Positions 25,484-37,971 of a stretch of 64,000 nt of DNA are shown here, one piece after another. The stretch covers positions 22,692,001 through 22,756,000 of the forward strand of contig OX597837.1 in assembly GCA_951406725.2 (NCBI GenBank). Reading direction: 5' to 3'. The position numbers were made by a program, and so were the translations under genes. The notes under the pieces were generated by a model. It had not been told where the DNA came from and searched no databases. It saw only the letters and a program-made list of their open reading frames with translations. Source of the stretch: Octopus vulgaris (taxonomy: Eukaryota). The first letter of the stretch is position 1. Each line of letters begins with the position of its first letter.

Positions 25484-25622
25484 AATTGACCACAGTGGGA
25501 TTTGAACTCAGAACTTAAAGAGTGGGAAGAAATGCTGCGAAGTATTTTGTTCAACACACTAAAGACTCTGCCAACTTGCTGCCTAGATGATAATAATAAT
25601 AATAAAAATAATAATAATAATG

Positions 25623-25663
<41 letters not shown>

Positions 25664-28135
25664 CCTTTCTACTAAAGGAAAATTTAAACAAAAGCAGTTT
25701 TCTTTACTAAATCCCTTCAGACAAAATGATAACACTATGTTGTTTAGATGGTGACACTACTTAATATATATATATGTCTATATTAAGTATTTACCTTTGT
25801 GTGGAGAGTGACCATTAATTTAAATAAGTAATTGGTGGAATAAACAAAGAATTTTGATAATAAAATATCTTTGTATAAAATGGAAATGGTAAAAATCTAC
25901 TAGAAAAACTCTTATAAAATTATATCAAAAAAATAGTATTATAGTTAGAGCATAATATATATATAATATATTATCACTAATATATCTAAATTATTCTTTT
26001 TTAAGAACGGTGAATCTTGAAGCAAATAGAGCTATAAATAGTACCATGTTAATATTGGGATAAAAACTCTTTGGTTAGAAAAAAGTCGAAGGATTCCAGT
26101 GGAATTCAAATCCATATCTCCTAGTAAAAATTGCATATGTCTATGAGCAGCCTTTGATTTTTTCTATTGGTTAGGGTGTTGGACTCATAACCATAAGATA
26201 GTGGTTTCAATTCCTGGACTGGGTGATGTGTTGTGCTTTTGAGCAAAACACTTCATTTCATGTTGCTCTCATCCAGTCAGCAGGCAAGAAGTAACCCTGT
26301 GATAGTCTGGCATCCTGTCCAGGTGAGGAATATATACACCATGGAAACCAACGCTATGACTCTATATAACTTGGAAAGGATTTTTATAATTTTCTTTTCA
26401 TTTATAGCTCTATTTGCTTCAAGATTCACTATTCCTAAAAAGGAATTATTCCGCATTCTTCAAATTTCTAACAACAATATTTAAATTAATTGTAATTACA
26501 ATGAAGTTATTGAATGGGCAACCTATGAGAGACACTACTTTTGGATGTAATTAAAAAACTGTACTTTCAATTTGTATTTCAAAATGTAACCAATAATATT
26601 GTAATGATCTTGGGTTGTATAATAAGCCTTTCTACTGTAGGCACAGGGCCTGAAATTTTGGGGAAAGGGGCTAGTCAATAACATCAACCCCAATGCTCAA
26701 CTGGTATTTATTTTATTGACCCCAAAATAATGAAAGGTAAAGTTGACCTCGGTGGAATTTGAACTCAGAATGTAAAGATGGATGAAATGCTGCTAAGCAG
26801 TTTGTCTGGTATGCTAACCATTCTGCCAGCTTGCCATCTTAAAGAAGATTGTTTAATAACATAGATTTCTCTCTGACTCTTTCCACTGAAGGTTAATATT
26901 TTATGAGAGAAAAAAAATGCATGAAAAGGCATTTGAGTGAGGTGACATGGCCACCATGTTGATAAGATATAGGATTAGAAGAATGAGAATTCTAAGTTTG
27001 TATCATGCTGCAGACATTTCAATTTCTGATTCACCATTCACCTAGCTTTGGGGAGAATAAGTTTCCAGATGTTGGCAGCAAGCTTATATGATATTCACAG
27101 ACTCACACATGCTAACAACTTGCATTAGTTTCCGAATATTTTTTTAATCTTGTTCTCTCTTTTCTTGTTTTTACTATTTTTCTGATGGTATTGGAAGTTG
27201 GTATTTCATAAAAGACTACAATGTCCAACGTCTCCCTTTTTTATCCTTAAGATGACAGAGTGTCATCAGAGATAATTTTACTGCTGTTTCTAGCAGTAGA
27301 GTGACCATCTGGAAGCTAGAATAACTATATATTAAAACAGGGTTTATTGCTGAAAACTTGGCTAATATTCCCTCCAGGAAGAAATTTATCTGTCACCTAC
27401 TTAGTACTTGGTAAAGTATTGACTCCTAGTTGTTCACAAAAGGATCAAATTTTAATTATATTTTAGTAATATTTATTGAAGTAACTATTTTGTAAAAGTA
27501 ATGTTTAGTTCACAAAGTGAAGTTAAAAAACCATTGTGTAAAAGTAATGTATTGAATTGACCCAAAAACTCCAGAAATACAAACAACATGAGATATATGT
27601 GTGTGTTACAAATTAATTAAACACACTAAATCAAAGAATAACACATGCTGTATATGCATGTTCTTAATTAATTAATTTGTTAAACACTAAGACAATGTAT
27701 ATCTACTCTGAGATAATGCATTGTGGGGAATTTTTCTATTTTTTTTTAAAACTAAGACAACTGTAACAGAAATACAAATGATTTTCTTCTTCAAAAACAG
27801 CAAGAAAAGGGAGAAAGTTATTCAACAAAATTCTCTCAAAGTTATTCCACCAATTGAATTAATTTGGAAATGGGGTGTGGTTATTAAAGTTGACTACATT
27901 CTGCTAATTGGTGTGTAAACCTGTAAACAGATGCAAACTATAATTTAGTTCCAATATAAAAAGACTGGGGAGTAAGGGGATAGGTTGTAGTATTGGTAGG
28001 GAGCTATTTATGATGTTGTGATCTAGGATTGTAGCAATTTGCATATTTTAAAAAGGTGCTTGTAAGAAAACATAGTCTGACGTTTAGCAATCAGCTGCAA
28101 CTGAGCAGTAGTAGTAGTAATAATAATAGTAGCAC

Positions 28136-28280
28136 CTCCGCCGTTATTATCCTCCAATGATGCGTTGCTTTGAGCCTTCTGAATTTTGCGGCTAGCCGCC
28201 TGCGACTTTGTCCGCTTCAGTTCTGGGTGTGGATGCTGTTTCTTTTGTTTTGGGCTGGGACTGGGAGAAGCAGCTTCTAT
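28136..28280 (-). CDS. STXBP5: Alternative tomosyn exon B (145 nt), phase 0 to 1
   Basis: GC-rich island after acceptor ttaattttag, reading IEAASPSPSPKQKKQHPHPELKRTKSQAASRKIQKAQSNASLEDNNGG. It bridges exon 48088 (phase 0) to exon 1466 (phase 1) in frame. The donor G|GTGCTA is weak, so the 3' boundary is less certain. Confidence 0.75.
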
Positions 28281-28412
28281 CTAAAATTAAGTGGAAAAAA
28301 AATTCAAGCAAGGCATTAATGAAAGCTATTATTAGCGAAACCCTGCTTCGTTAATTGTTTAACTAAACCCATAAATATTGCTACCACCACCACCACCGCC
28401 ACAACTAATTAC

Positions 28413-28463
28413 CTTTGTAGTCATCAAATAAGCCAAACACAGAAAAAAAATACTGATAAGCAG
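28413..28463 (-). CDS. Candidate tomosyn microexon W (51 nt, phase 0 to 0, hydrophobic)
   Basis: Acceptor ctcctttag, donor AAG|GTAATT. Reads LLISIFFLCLAYLMTTK; a 132-nt intron separates it from exon B. Confidence 0.3.
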
Positions 28464-29628
28464 CTAAAGGAGCGGCTTTCAGCGGACAGTTACATTTTTA
28501 AGCATTACTATTTAGGGTCCAAACCTAAATACCCTGTTGATTAACAATTAATCTAATTTCCCATTTTTTTGTCTTTACTTGATTAAACCAATTTCTTGTG
28601 TTTTCAGAATTTAAGAAAATATCTTACTTAAAAATTTGGACAGGAATTTCAAAACACTAATCAAATATTTTTATCTATCTGTATACTACTACTACTACAA
28701 AAAAAAAGCGAAAAATATTTAGAGGACTGCTTTAATATAGAGATTATTGGGAGCATATATACATATATGCACACATTATATGTAATATTTAAATACTTTA
28801 TATTGTATGCCATTGCCAAAATCCCACCCCTACCAAAAAATGGTGAATTAATTTTTAAGAAAACTTAAATCTCTGATGGCTGACAGCCACAATTCTATAT
28901 TGTATCAAATTGATAATTATCAAGAAAATCAATAGAATAATTATCAATAAAATCATAATCTAATTATACTATATTTTTTTTAATTAAGTAACTGAACTAA
29001 TTATCTATCCATCTTCTTAAAATTTTCCTTTGAAGTAAAATCCACTAACTACACCTCCACCCACGCTGTGGATAAAAAAGAGCGGGACATTATTATTAAA
29101 GTAAAGTTATTTCCCTTGAATTCAACTACCTCCCACCATCTCCATTTTAATCTAAGAGGCATTGGAATCTTCCATTATTTACACTTTTATCTTAAAATTA
29201 CTAGTATATTTCAAAAACTGCTAAAAGAAAAACTAAAATGGAGGCAGAAAGAATGAAGCTATTCTTATGATTCTCCATCAATTTCTGTTTAGTATGATGT
29301 ATTTTCTTGAGTGAAACCACCTCCACACAATGAAACAAACATTGCTAAACATAACATTAAAATTGCATAACAAAATAACTAGTATACATTTTCCGAATGC
29401 AGCCCAAACTACAAATTTGTGAACATAATTATGTAATGGCTTTGTTGCTTATGTAATCCATCATAAACTAGGAATGTCGGCTGACAATTAGGAAGAAGAG
29501 AATGGATTTTATCAGGTTTTGAAAGAAACTGGTTTGTTTCTATGAGTAGTTGTTTTAGCCTGTTTGGTTGTGATGCCAAGGAAAAAAATATAAAGGCTTG
29601 ATAAAGGAGGCAATTGTTTCCCTACTAG

Positions 29629-29674
<46 letters not shown>

Positions 29675-29904
29675 GTAAATATATATATATAAATATATCT
29701 ATATGAAAGTATATATATATTTATATAAATATACATATATACGCTTTGTTTTTGTATTTGGTTTGGAAGATTCTTGATGTGAATTCACATATTGAAACAA
29801 ATCTTGTGTTTTGGGAGTGTCATTACACCAATAGTAATAAACATACACAGCACTACATGTGCTTGTTATTACTGGTGTAATGATTCTCCTAAGACTCAAG
29901 ATCC

Positions 29905-29951
<47 letters not shown>

Positions 29952-30104
29952 TATATTGCATAAGTGGGTGTTTAGGGATAAGAAAAGATAAAGATGTTGA
30001 GCTAGGATTTTTTTTGGGTGGGAGGGATATTTTTTTGTGTGGTGGGTGGATTAAAAAAAAGTTAATATTTATTACCCCCATAAGTAACATAGCTGATCCC
30101 TTAC

Positions 30105-30147
30105 GAAATAGATAAACGGGCAGTTGTCTTCTGCTATGTGTGACTTA
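30105..30147 (-). CDS. Candidate tomosyn microexon Y (43 nt, phase 2 to 0)
   Basis: Branch-like GCTAAT, acceptor ttttgtcctccag, donor GTAAGG. Reads KSHIAEDNCPFIYF; 50+43=93 nt restores frame with X. Confidence 0.4.
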
Positions 30148-30500
30148 CTGGAGGACAAAACCACAGAATTAGCTTATATAAGTACTACTATATGGGTAAT
30201 CAGTTTGGTTAGTGGCAAAGCAGGTACATGCATTGACTACCAACAGCTGCTATGTAAGCAAACAGTCACCTGCCAATGGGATGGGGAGGTCAAAACCTGC
30301 ATGCACGTCTAAGGCCTTTGGTGCTATTAGTACAAGTAAACTAGGATTAGAAGAGTGGTTAAACTTATCGCAATTCTTGCTATGACAAGCAATAGGTGGC
30401 GCTCTCACCCTGAAAAAAGGAGGAAAGTCAAGCGGTGAATAAATTTAGCAAGCATAAAAACTGTAGTCACCTTCAAGTTCAACTATATTTCACAACATAC

Positions 30501-31284
30501 CTACAAACAGTCCCTTGAATATTTCACTTCGGCTCATGTGTCTTTTGTGAGAACATTCATTTTCCTTTGTGAGATCAATTACATCAACTTTGCCAATATC
30601 ACCGAAACGTCGAGGGGGCTTATATTTACGAGTATCATGTCCTACATCAAGCAAGCTGCCTCTCACTTTAATCGATAAGGCTTTCAGACTGGAGCTCATT
30701 TTCCGTAGTATTGATGTTTCTGAATCCTTGCAATTGGCACCGGGACTAGTAATATTGGTGTCGGGAATAGATTGGGTTAAATTTACATCTGAGTAAGCTT
30801 CCCTTGATATACAATTGCGATTTTCATGAAGGTTTCGACTAGATGAACTACTACAAAATAAAGATTCATCATCTTTAGGAGAGTTCCGTTTTCTAATATT
30901 AGACTCTGATGGGGAGCGTTTTATTGGCGTCACAGCCTCACTTGGTTTAGGCAGTTTGTTTGATTTTGTTCGATGTGGTACCGTCTTCACTGGTGGCATT
31001 ACATGAAAGCTGACTGATTCTTCAGTCTGCGATTCACTCTGTTCTGTTTCTACCTCGATTATTGTCCAAGTCTCGTTGTTATCTTTTGTGCTGTCAGTTT
31101 TTTCGCAAATCGACTCACTTGATAAGTAGCTTTTGGTAGTCATCGGAGTTGGTTCAATGGCTACTTGAGGTGTTTGTGTGTGGGGGAGGTGGTGCACCAG
31201 CTGCTGCTCCTCCTCCTCCTCACCACCACAGGGAGTAGAGCCACTACTCGCAGGCCGAGGATGACTTGCCAGGGGGAGGAGGGA
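30501..31284 (-). CDS. STXBP5: Large alternative tomosyn exon A (784 nt, 261 aa, Ser/Thr/Pro/charged, probably disordered), phase 0 to 1
   Basis: Longest ORF in the window (track 30490..31197). It extends in frame up to acceptor ttttccag|TCC at 31284 and reads SLLPLASHPRPASSG...MSRSEIFKGLFV. Donor G|GTATGT, with a tandem alternative TTT|GTAGGT ending the exon at 30505. No transposon motifs. Confidence 0.78.
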
Positions 31285-31925
31285 CTGGAAAATAAGGGAG
31301 TAGTGTACAAACTAAAATGCAAATTAGGAAAAAAGAAAATTAAGATGAAAAAGGATAAAAAAAAAAAAAAAACAGACAACAAATGCATAGATTAGAAAAT
31401 TATCTAAAAATTGAAAAAACAAAGCGTTTTCATGAGAAGCTGTCAATTAGAAATATAGTCGTTCCCAAATAATAATATAACACACCTTAGGTATACTTCA
31501 TTATGATGCTGGTTCATTTACTTTAATTAATTAATTAATTGAATACAAGTGAAGTAGTTAAATGTGTGCGATGGAGACTGAAGATATAAAAGTATGATAC
31601 TGGATAAGCAGTTTGCAAACTTCAATAGGATACAGCTGGATAAATGCAGTCTTAATGAAATCCAAATGGGTCTTCTTGTTTGAGATATGAAGATTTATGG
31701 AACAACACGGGTGCAAGAAACTCTCTTTGAAACCATGTAGTTGTAGGTCTGAATATAACTGCACAGCACCTTGAGCAAGTGTCTTCTACTATAGCCTCAA
31801 GTTGATCAATGCCTTGTGGATGAAATTTGGTAGATGGTAACTATGTGGATGCCTATCATATATGTTTGTGTAAGTACGTGTGTGTATGTATGTATACATA
31901 TATATGCATATACATACAGGCATAC

Positions 31926-31983
<58 letters not shown>

Positions 31984-32621
31984 AGTTGTGAAGCACGAGA
32001 TATATTCATAGATTGAGGAGGAAATAATAACCAGTGCATGGAACAAAAATACTTTTGGTACTTATTTCATCTGAGTCATCCATACTTGCTTTTGTTTCTC
32101 TTCCCACTAAAAGTACTGTGAACCAATGATTGGCACAATGGGAACCTTTAACCAATGAAGCTGTTGTTTGCAAACACAAACTGTGATATATGCAGAAAAA
32201 CAAACAAACAAACAAAACAAACTAAAACTACTGATGGTTCAAAAACACAGAATTATATCAACATTTAACCAAGACACGTGGCTTAGTGGTTAGGGTATTC
32301 AGCTCACGGTTGTAAGGTTGTGAGGTCAATTCCAAGTGGCACATTGTGTCCTTGAGCAAGACACTTTATTTCACCTTGCACCAGTCCATTCAGCTGACAA
32401 AAATGAGTAGTACCTGTACTTCAAAGGGTCAGCCTTGTCACATTCTGTGTCATGCTAAGAACTACATTAAGAGTATGCATGTCTGTGGAATTCTCAGCCA
32501 CTTGCACGTTAATTTCATGAGCAGATTAATCCATTGTTCAGATCAACTGGAACCCTTGTTGTTGTAACTGATAGAGAGCTAGTTAACCAATTAAGTGAAC
32601 AGAGTCAAATAATTTAATTAA

Positions 32622-32831
32622 CCCTTTCGTTACTGTGTTTATTTTGAGATGCTCTGTGTTTCTTTCAATTAATTTTAAATATAACAAATAATTTAGTAAG
32701 ATTACTTGGTTATCATTAAGCTAGTGTTAGGAACATAAATTGTGACTAAGGTGGAAGATTTTAATTGAAAACTTATGAAAACAAGATATTTGTACTCAGA
32801 GCCGGTTTCAGCCGGGTTGGTAATGAAAGGG
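32622..32831. mobile_element. piggyBac-like MITE
   Basis: TTAA|CCCTTTCGTTAC ... GTAATGAAAGGG|TTAA. Confidence 0.8.
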
Positions 32832-34524
32832 TTAAACAAAAAACACCTTGAGATAAGCACTAAACTCTCAAGGTTATAATTACAGTAAATGAAGGCTGTA
32901 AAGGATATGAAAGATTAATATATGCAGTATGCATATTTTAATCTGTTTTGAAGCTCATGTAAAAGATATAGAAATTAGAATTAAATTGTTGATAGAGTAG
33001 ATTAATAAATATATTAATCAGTTTTACTAATCGATAATCTGACAGTTCAATGTTGTTGAATTGAAAGGTTAACAACAATGGTTACACTGGTTGAAACTTT
33101 TCATGTGTTTCATACTTTCTAAATTTGAACTTTTGTGGTATTGATTGCTGATGTAATTGTTTTTCAATATTATTGCTTTCCTATAAAACACTTGAAATTG
33201 ATTGAGATTACACAAAGTCAAAACAATCTGACTTTATCATGAAGGCTGAATCAAGTTTGACAATTATTAATATCACTTTCCTACATTTCCAAACAGCTGT
33301 TGATATTTTCTATACAAACAAGTATTAGATTATGGTTAAAAAAAAAAAACCAAACCAAACAAAAAAAAAACACAAAGAAAACACTGAAAAAAAAAAAGAA
33401 ACAAAAACCCCATCCCAACCTTCTATCATTGTTTTCCAGTCAATATCTTAACTTATCTGTTATTCCTCAAAGTACTTTTTTTGAAACTAATTTTTTTTCA
33501 AGTTCATTTTTCTGATTTTGAGATAATTCTCGAAATATATGCATTTTAGAGAAAAATGTATGAACACAAACAAAATAAAGAGAACAGGGATTTTAAAAGA
33601 GTGATTCAGTGAATATATACATATATATAATTATATATATATGAAGGAATAAGCAAGCATGTGAAACAGAAGTGTTGCATTCTTGCATTCTGAATGTATA
33701 AGAAATCCAATTCTAAACTAATAAAATTATTCCAAAGAGTTTCTTAAAGTGCAAAACATTATGATAAAGAGTACATATGAACAAAAAAGAAAAGTATGTA
33801 TTAACATATAAATAAGTTTTACACCAGCAGTATTATACTGGCAGAGCAGAATTATTCTATTGAGTTTTCTCAAAAGCTTATATCATTAAGATATAATAAA
33901 TTAAAAATTTTAATTTGTTGAGCGTCTATGAATTATGAACCAAATATTTCAAACATGTTATCAGTTAATAATTTTTCTTATTTTCTGTTTATGTATTTAT
34001 AAAGCCAAAAACCAAATTAAGAGTTCTATAATTTGAAATAGATACCATACAGAGTTGGCTAGAATCAAGCCATCTACACACGTACATGGAATTTGGTGAG
34101 AAAGAAAAAAATTAACTGATCATTTCTCTGGTTTAACAACAATTAAGATTTATATATTGCCCCAAACGAAAATTACATAAGCAAGCTTATAAAGAGCAAA
34201 TATGAAATCAGTGGTTTAAAAAATAACAAAGAAATATAAAAAAGTGATTTGATAAAGTGCAATAAATAGCTAAAATAAATAGACAGGTAATTAATGGAAT
34301 AAAAAAAAAAATATTCAAAAGAAATAAATGTTTCATAATTCATGCTGACTGCTATAGAATAAATGAAAAGAAATTTAAATAAATCTCTAACAACATTCAG
34401 ATCAAGAACTGCAAGATTTTAAAACAAATCCAAGCACTATGAACAAAAATGAAATTAAAAAAAGCAAGGGTCGGAGGATGTACAAAGGGTAGGGTAACAT
34501 ATACATACATATACATATATATAT

Positions 34525-34558
<34 letters not shown>

Positions 34559-37500
34559 TATATGCACACACAGAGTTGCGTATGTACACATGTATATTCC
34601 CATTTTTGTGGGAATGGAAAAAAGACAAGGATTCATGGAAGTTAGTTCTTGGGAAGCTGGGAATATAAATAACGTTCAGAGTAGCAATACAAACTACACA
34701 GTCCAAACTGCCATTGAAGAATTGCTTAAATCTTCTATTTTCAGCAATCCTTAGAAACCTGCTATCAGCATGAGGCTGACTACCAATAAAATGCTGAGAA
34801 ATAACATCAGTTCTTAGCTGCCTTGATAAAGGGATGATGTTCTTTCAAATAATTTTTGAATAGTGATTTGGGTACTGTTATTATTAACTTGCTAACATAT
34901 AGCTAAAGGACATATTTATATAAAATAGATTTTGTTTTAGAAATAGGCATTTATATTTGATAGGCTGTTCCAGGTGTTAAAATTAGGAATCCTTTGTGAA
35001 ATATATTGTTTGGCTCCCCAAATTGAATTCTTTGATTTAATATAAAAATTGTAGTTTAGACAAATTTCAGGATACAACATTTACCCATTGCATAATTAGA
35101 GTGGAATCATATTTTAAGAAATACTGTAAAATTAAAACTATTATCATATAACATTTAACATTATACTGAACAAAGCTAAAATTGAGTTAAAGAAACATAA
35201 ATTTAACTGAAAAAATAAACATTAATTTATGAATGGTATATAATATTATGATTCCAATATCTGTTTGGATTATTATTTTTATTTAAAGAATAATATATTT
35301 AAGAAGAAATATAAACTTGAAATATGAAAATATAAAGAGATTTTGTAGAATTTAAACAAAACTTAAAGCAAAGTATATTAAATTGTAAAGAAAGATTTGA
35401 GAAAATATATGTATATTTTAAAACAATGTAAGTTTCCTAAAAGATTTCTCTAGCATTAGATAAGAATTTTTATCAATATATAAATAACATTATTTAGAGA
35501 TAAGATAATGTCAAGAATGTTTCTACAGATAGGTCATCTTGTTTTTATAGTTAGAATTATTCAATTAGAGCAAAGGTTACCAAAATATCAATAATATATT
35601 ATAATCTACATTACACTATGCAATACAGATGTGATGTTATTACCAATTGATGTTATTATTGTGTCGATATTATAAAAAGCTAATACATTTAGATAGAAAA
35701 AAAAAAAGAAAACCAACAAAATGTCGAGTAATTTAATACTTAATTTCATAAGATCAATTAATCAGATTATGCACAGACAGTTTAGAATTTTGGTAAATTT
35801 GTAATTTTGAATTTTTTGCTGGAAAAATATGAAATTTTTGTCAAAATGAAGCATCAGCAAAACTTTATCTTTATTTCTAGGTCAAGAAAATTTAGATTTA
35901 TTTGAACAGATAATCATTACTATTTTAATGGTGTTTTTTTCTTTTATAGCAGAGATTAAACTTGAGGATATCATAAGCTAAGAAATTAATTAAGTAATTT
36001 TGGAGTTTATCAAACTTTTGATTGGCAGTATCAGAGTTAACATCCTCTGGATATTAAAATTTATAAATATTAACACTCTCAGATTATATATATATATAAC
36101 TATTATAACTATATATATATAATAGGAAAAGTAGATGCTTTAAAGGGTATGACTGTTGCAATACCATTCATTGGTCAGGAAAAAAAAAGAACCTTATGCT
36201 GCCAGCAGGTTGAATTGACTTTCCTTTGTGGAATCATATCTTTGGTCTTTGCAAACAATTCTTGGACCAAATGTCAGAATCTACATTTTCTTCAGGTCAC
36301 AATATCTTTTGGTTAATATTCCCAGAACTTGTAATGGGTTTGATTTTAAATATAAACAGCTAAGTTCATGCCCAATACACATTATTACACATAAATGACA
36401 ATAGCTCTGATCAATTTTCTTAGGACTTTTTCCTTTTTTTTTTTAGCTTGAAAACAAGATAGAAATAATTATTTTTCCTTTAAATCTATTACTTTTCATT
36501 AACAAACATAAAAAATAAGTATCTTGGTATTACATAGCCTAACCTTTGATAAAAGGTCAATAGAACACATAACAATGAAGGTTACTAGGAAAATGGAAGA
36601 AAAAAAAATCACAAAGGATCAAGACATAACTGAAAAGTAATTTACAAAATGCCAACTATTCTGACCAAATACTTCACTGGCAACAAAGAAAGAAAAAAAA
36701 AATAAATAAAAAATTACCATAATAAAGTATAAAATTAGCAAAGTAACAATGCTCAGAAAATTTGTAAAAGTAAATATTTAAGAAACATTTGTCGCTGGTT
36801 TCAAAAGAAAGATAAAATTCTAGAAATCATAAAATTCTAATGTGTATTGACATTCTGCATAATTCTGAAAGTTAATATCTTTGAATATCTTCTCAAATTA
36901 ATTGTCTAATTACAAAATGAAAGGATTGAGAAGTTCAATAATTTATTTTTGTAAGGATGTGTTTCCTTTAGGTTTAGAGAAAAAAATGATTAGATCTTCA
37001 AAGTAATTAAAATAAAATTACAAAATAATTAGGCAATTATTTATTGATTCAAACCCAAATTATCATATTCTTTGATATTTATATAATTTTTTAAATAATG
37101 TTTTCCAGCAAACCTCCACTCCACCAAATGTAAAGACATTCCTTTCTCAGAAGCAAATGTCTTGAAAAAATGTTTATAAATTGATAAGGAAATTCTATTA
37201 CTGATGCTTTTTTGAAATATTTGTTTCATAAAAACTTTGATAAGTTTTAATAACATTTATTTCTAAATGTTTACCTGCTTTGAAATTTGAGAAATTTGAT
37301 TAAACTATCTGTAGAAACTCTTAATTACATTATCTCAAGTAGAACTATGTTAAATCTTCCTTAAAGTTAACAATGAAATAATTTTTGGTATTTGCCTGAT
37401 TTTCATTGTTCTATGTAGTATATTATACTCAGTCTCTGCTATATAAAATATGTCATTTTGACAAATACTTTTAGGTCCTTCATCTTGATGTTAGCCACTT

Positions 37501-37605
37501 CACAGGTGCACCAATTTGCAATGTTCAATACCCAGACAATTGTTGACACTTGCCAAGCACCAGGTAACAGTGGATCAGGTTAACGACACCTTGTACAGTT
37601 GTTAC

Positions 37606-37655
37606 CTGGTACATGGCAATGGCTGTGGTATTAAAAGTACATTGCAAATTGGAGT
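37606..37655 (-). CDS. Candidate tomosyn microexon X (50 nt)
   Basis: Long polypyrimidine tract, acceptor catctag, donor CAG|GTAACA. Open in phase 0 (TPICNVLLIPQPLPCT, ending phase 2) and in phase 1 (SNLQCTFNTTAIAMYQ). Forms the 5' arm of a long hairpin. Confidence 0.45.
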
Positions 37656-37729
37656 CTAGATGAGGGGAAAGGGAGACGGAGGGGAGATGGATAAATGGAT
37701 AAGGAGAGAGAGAAAGAGATAGAGGGGTG

Positions 37730-37788
<59 letters not shown>

Positions 37789-37936
37789 GGAGGGATAGAG
37801 AGATAGAGAGAAATTTCCATTACTAACATTGAGATGTAGGACCACTGGAATTTCAAAGTAAGAAATTTAGTTGTAACTGATGTGTTTGTTAGAGAACAAA
37901 AGTTAGTTGATACCACCGGAAGAACAATGAAAACCA

Positions 37937-37971
<35 letters not shown>

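Noticed and set aside
30569-31395. Plus-strand ORFs overlapping exon A
   Set aside because: Antisense shadows of a real coding exon and a poly-A run.
36195-36380. Non-repeat island as a further alternative exon
   Set aside because: Stops in all three minus-strand frames and no convincing splice sites.
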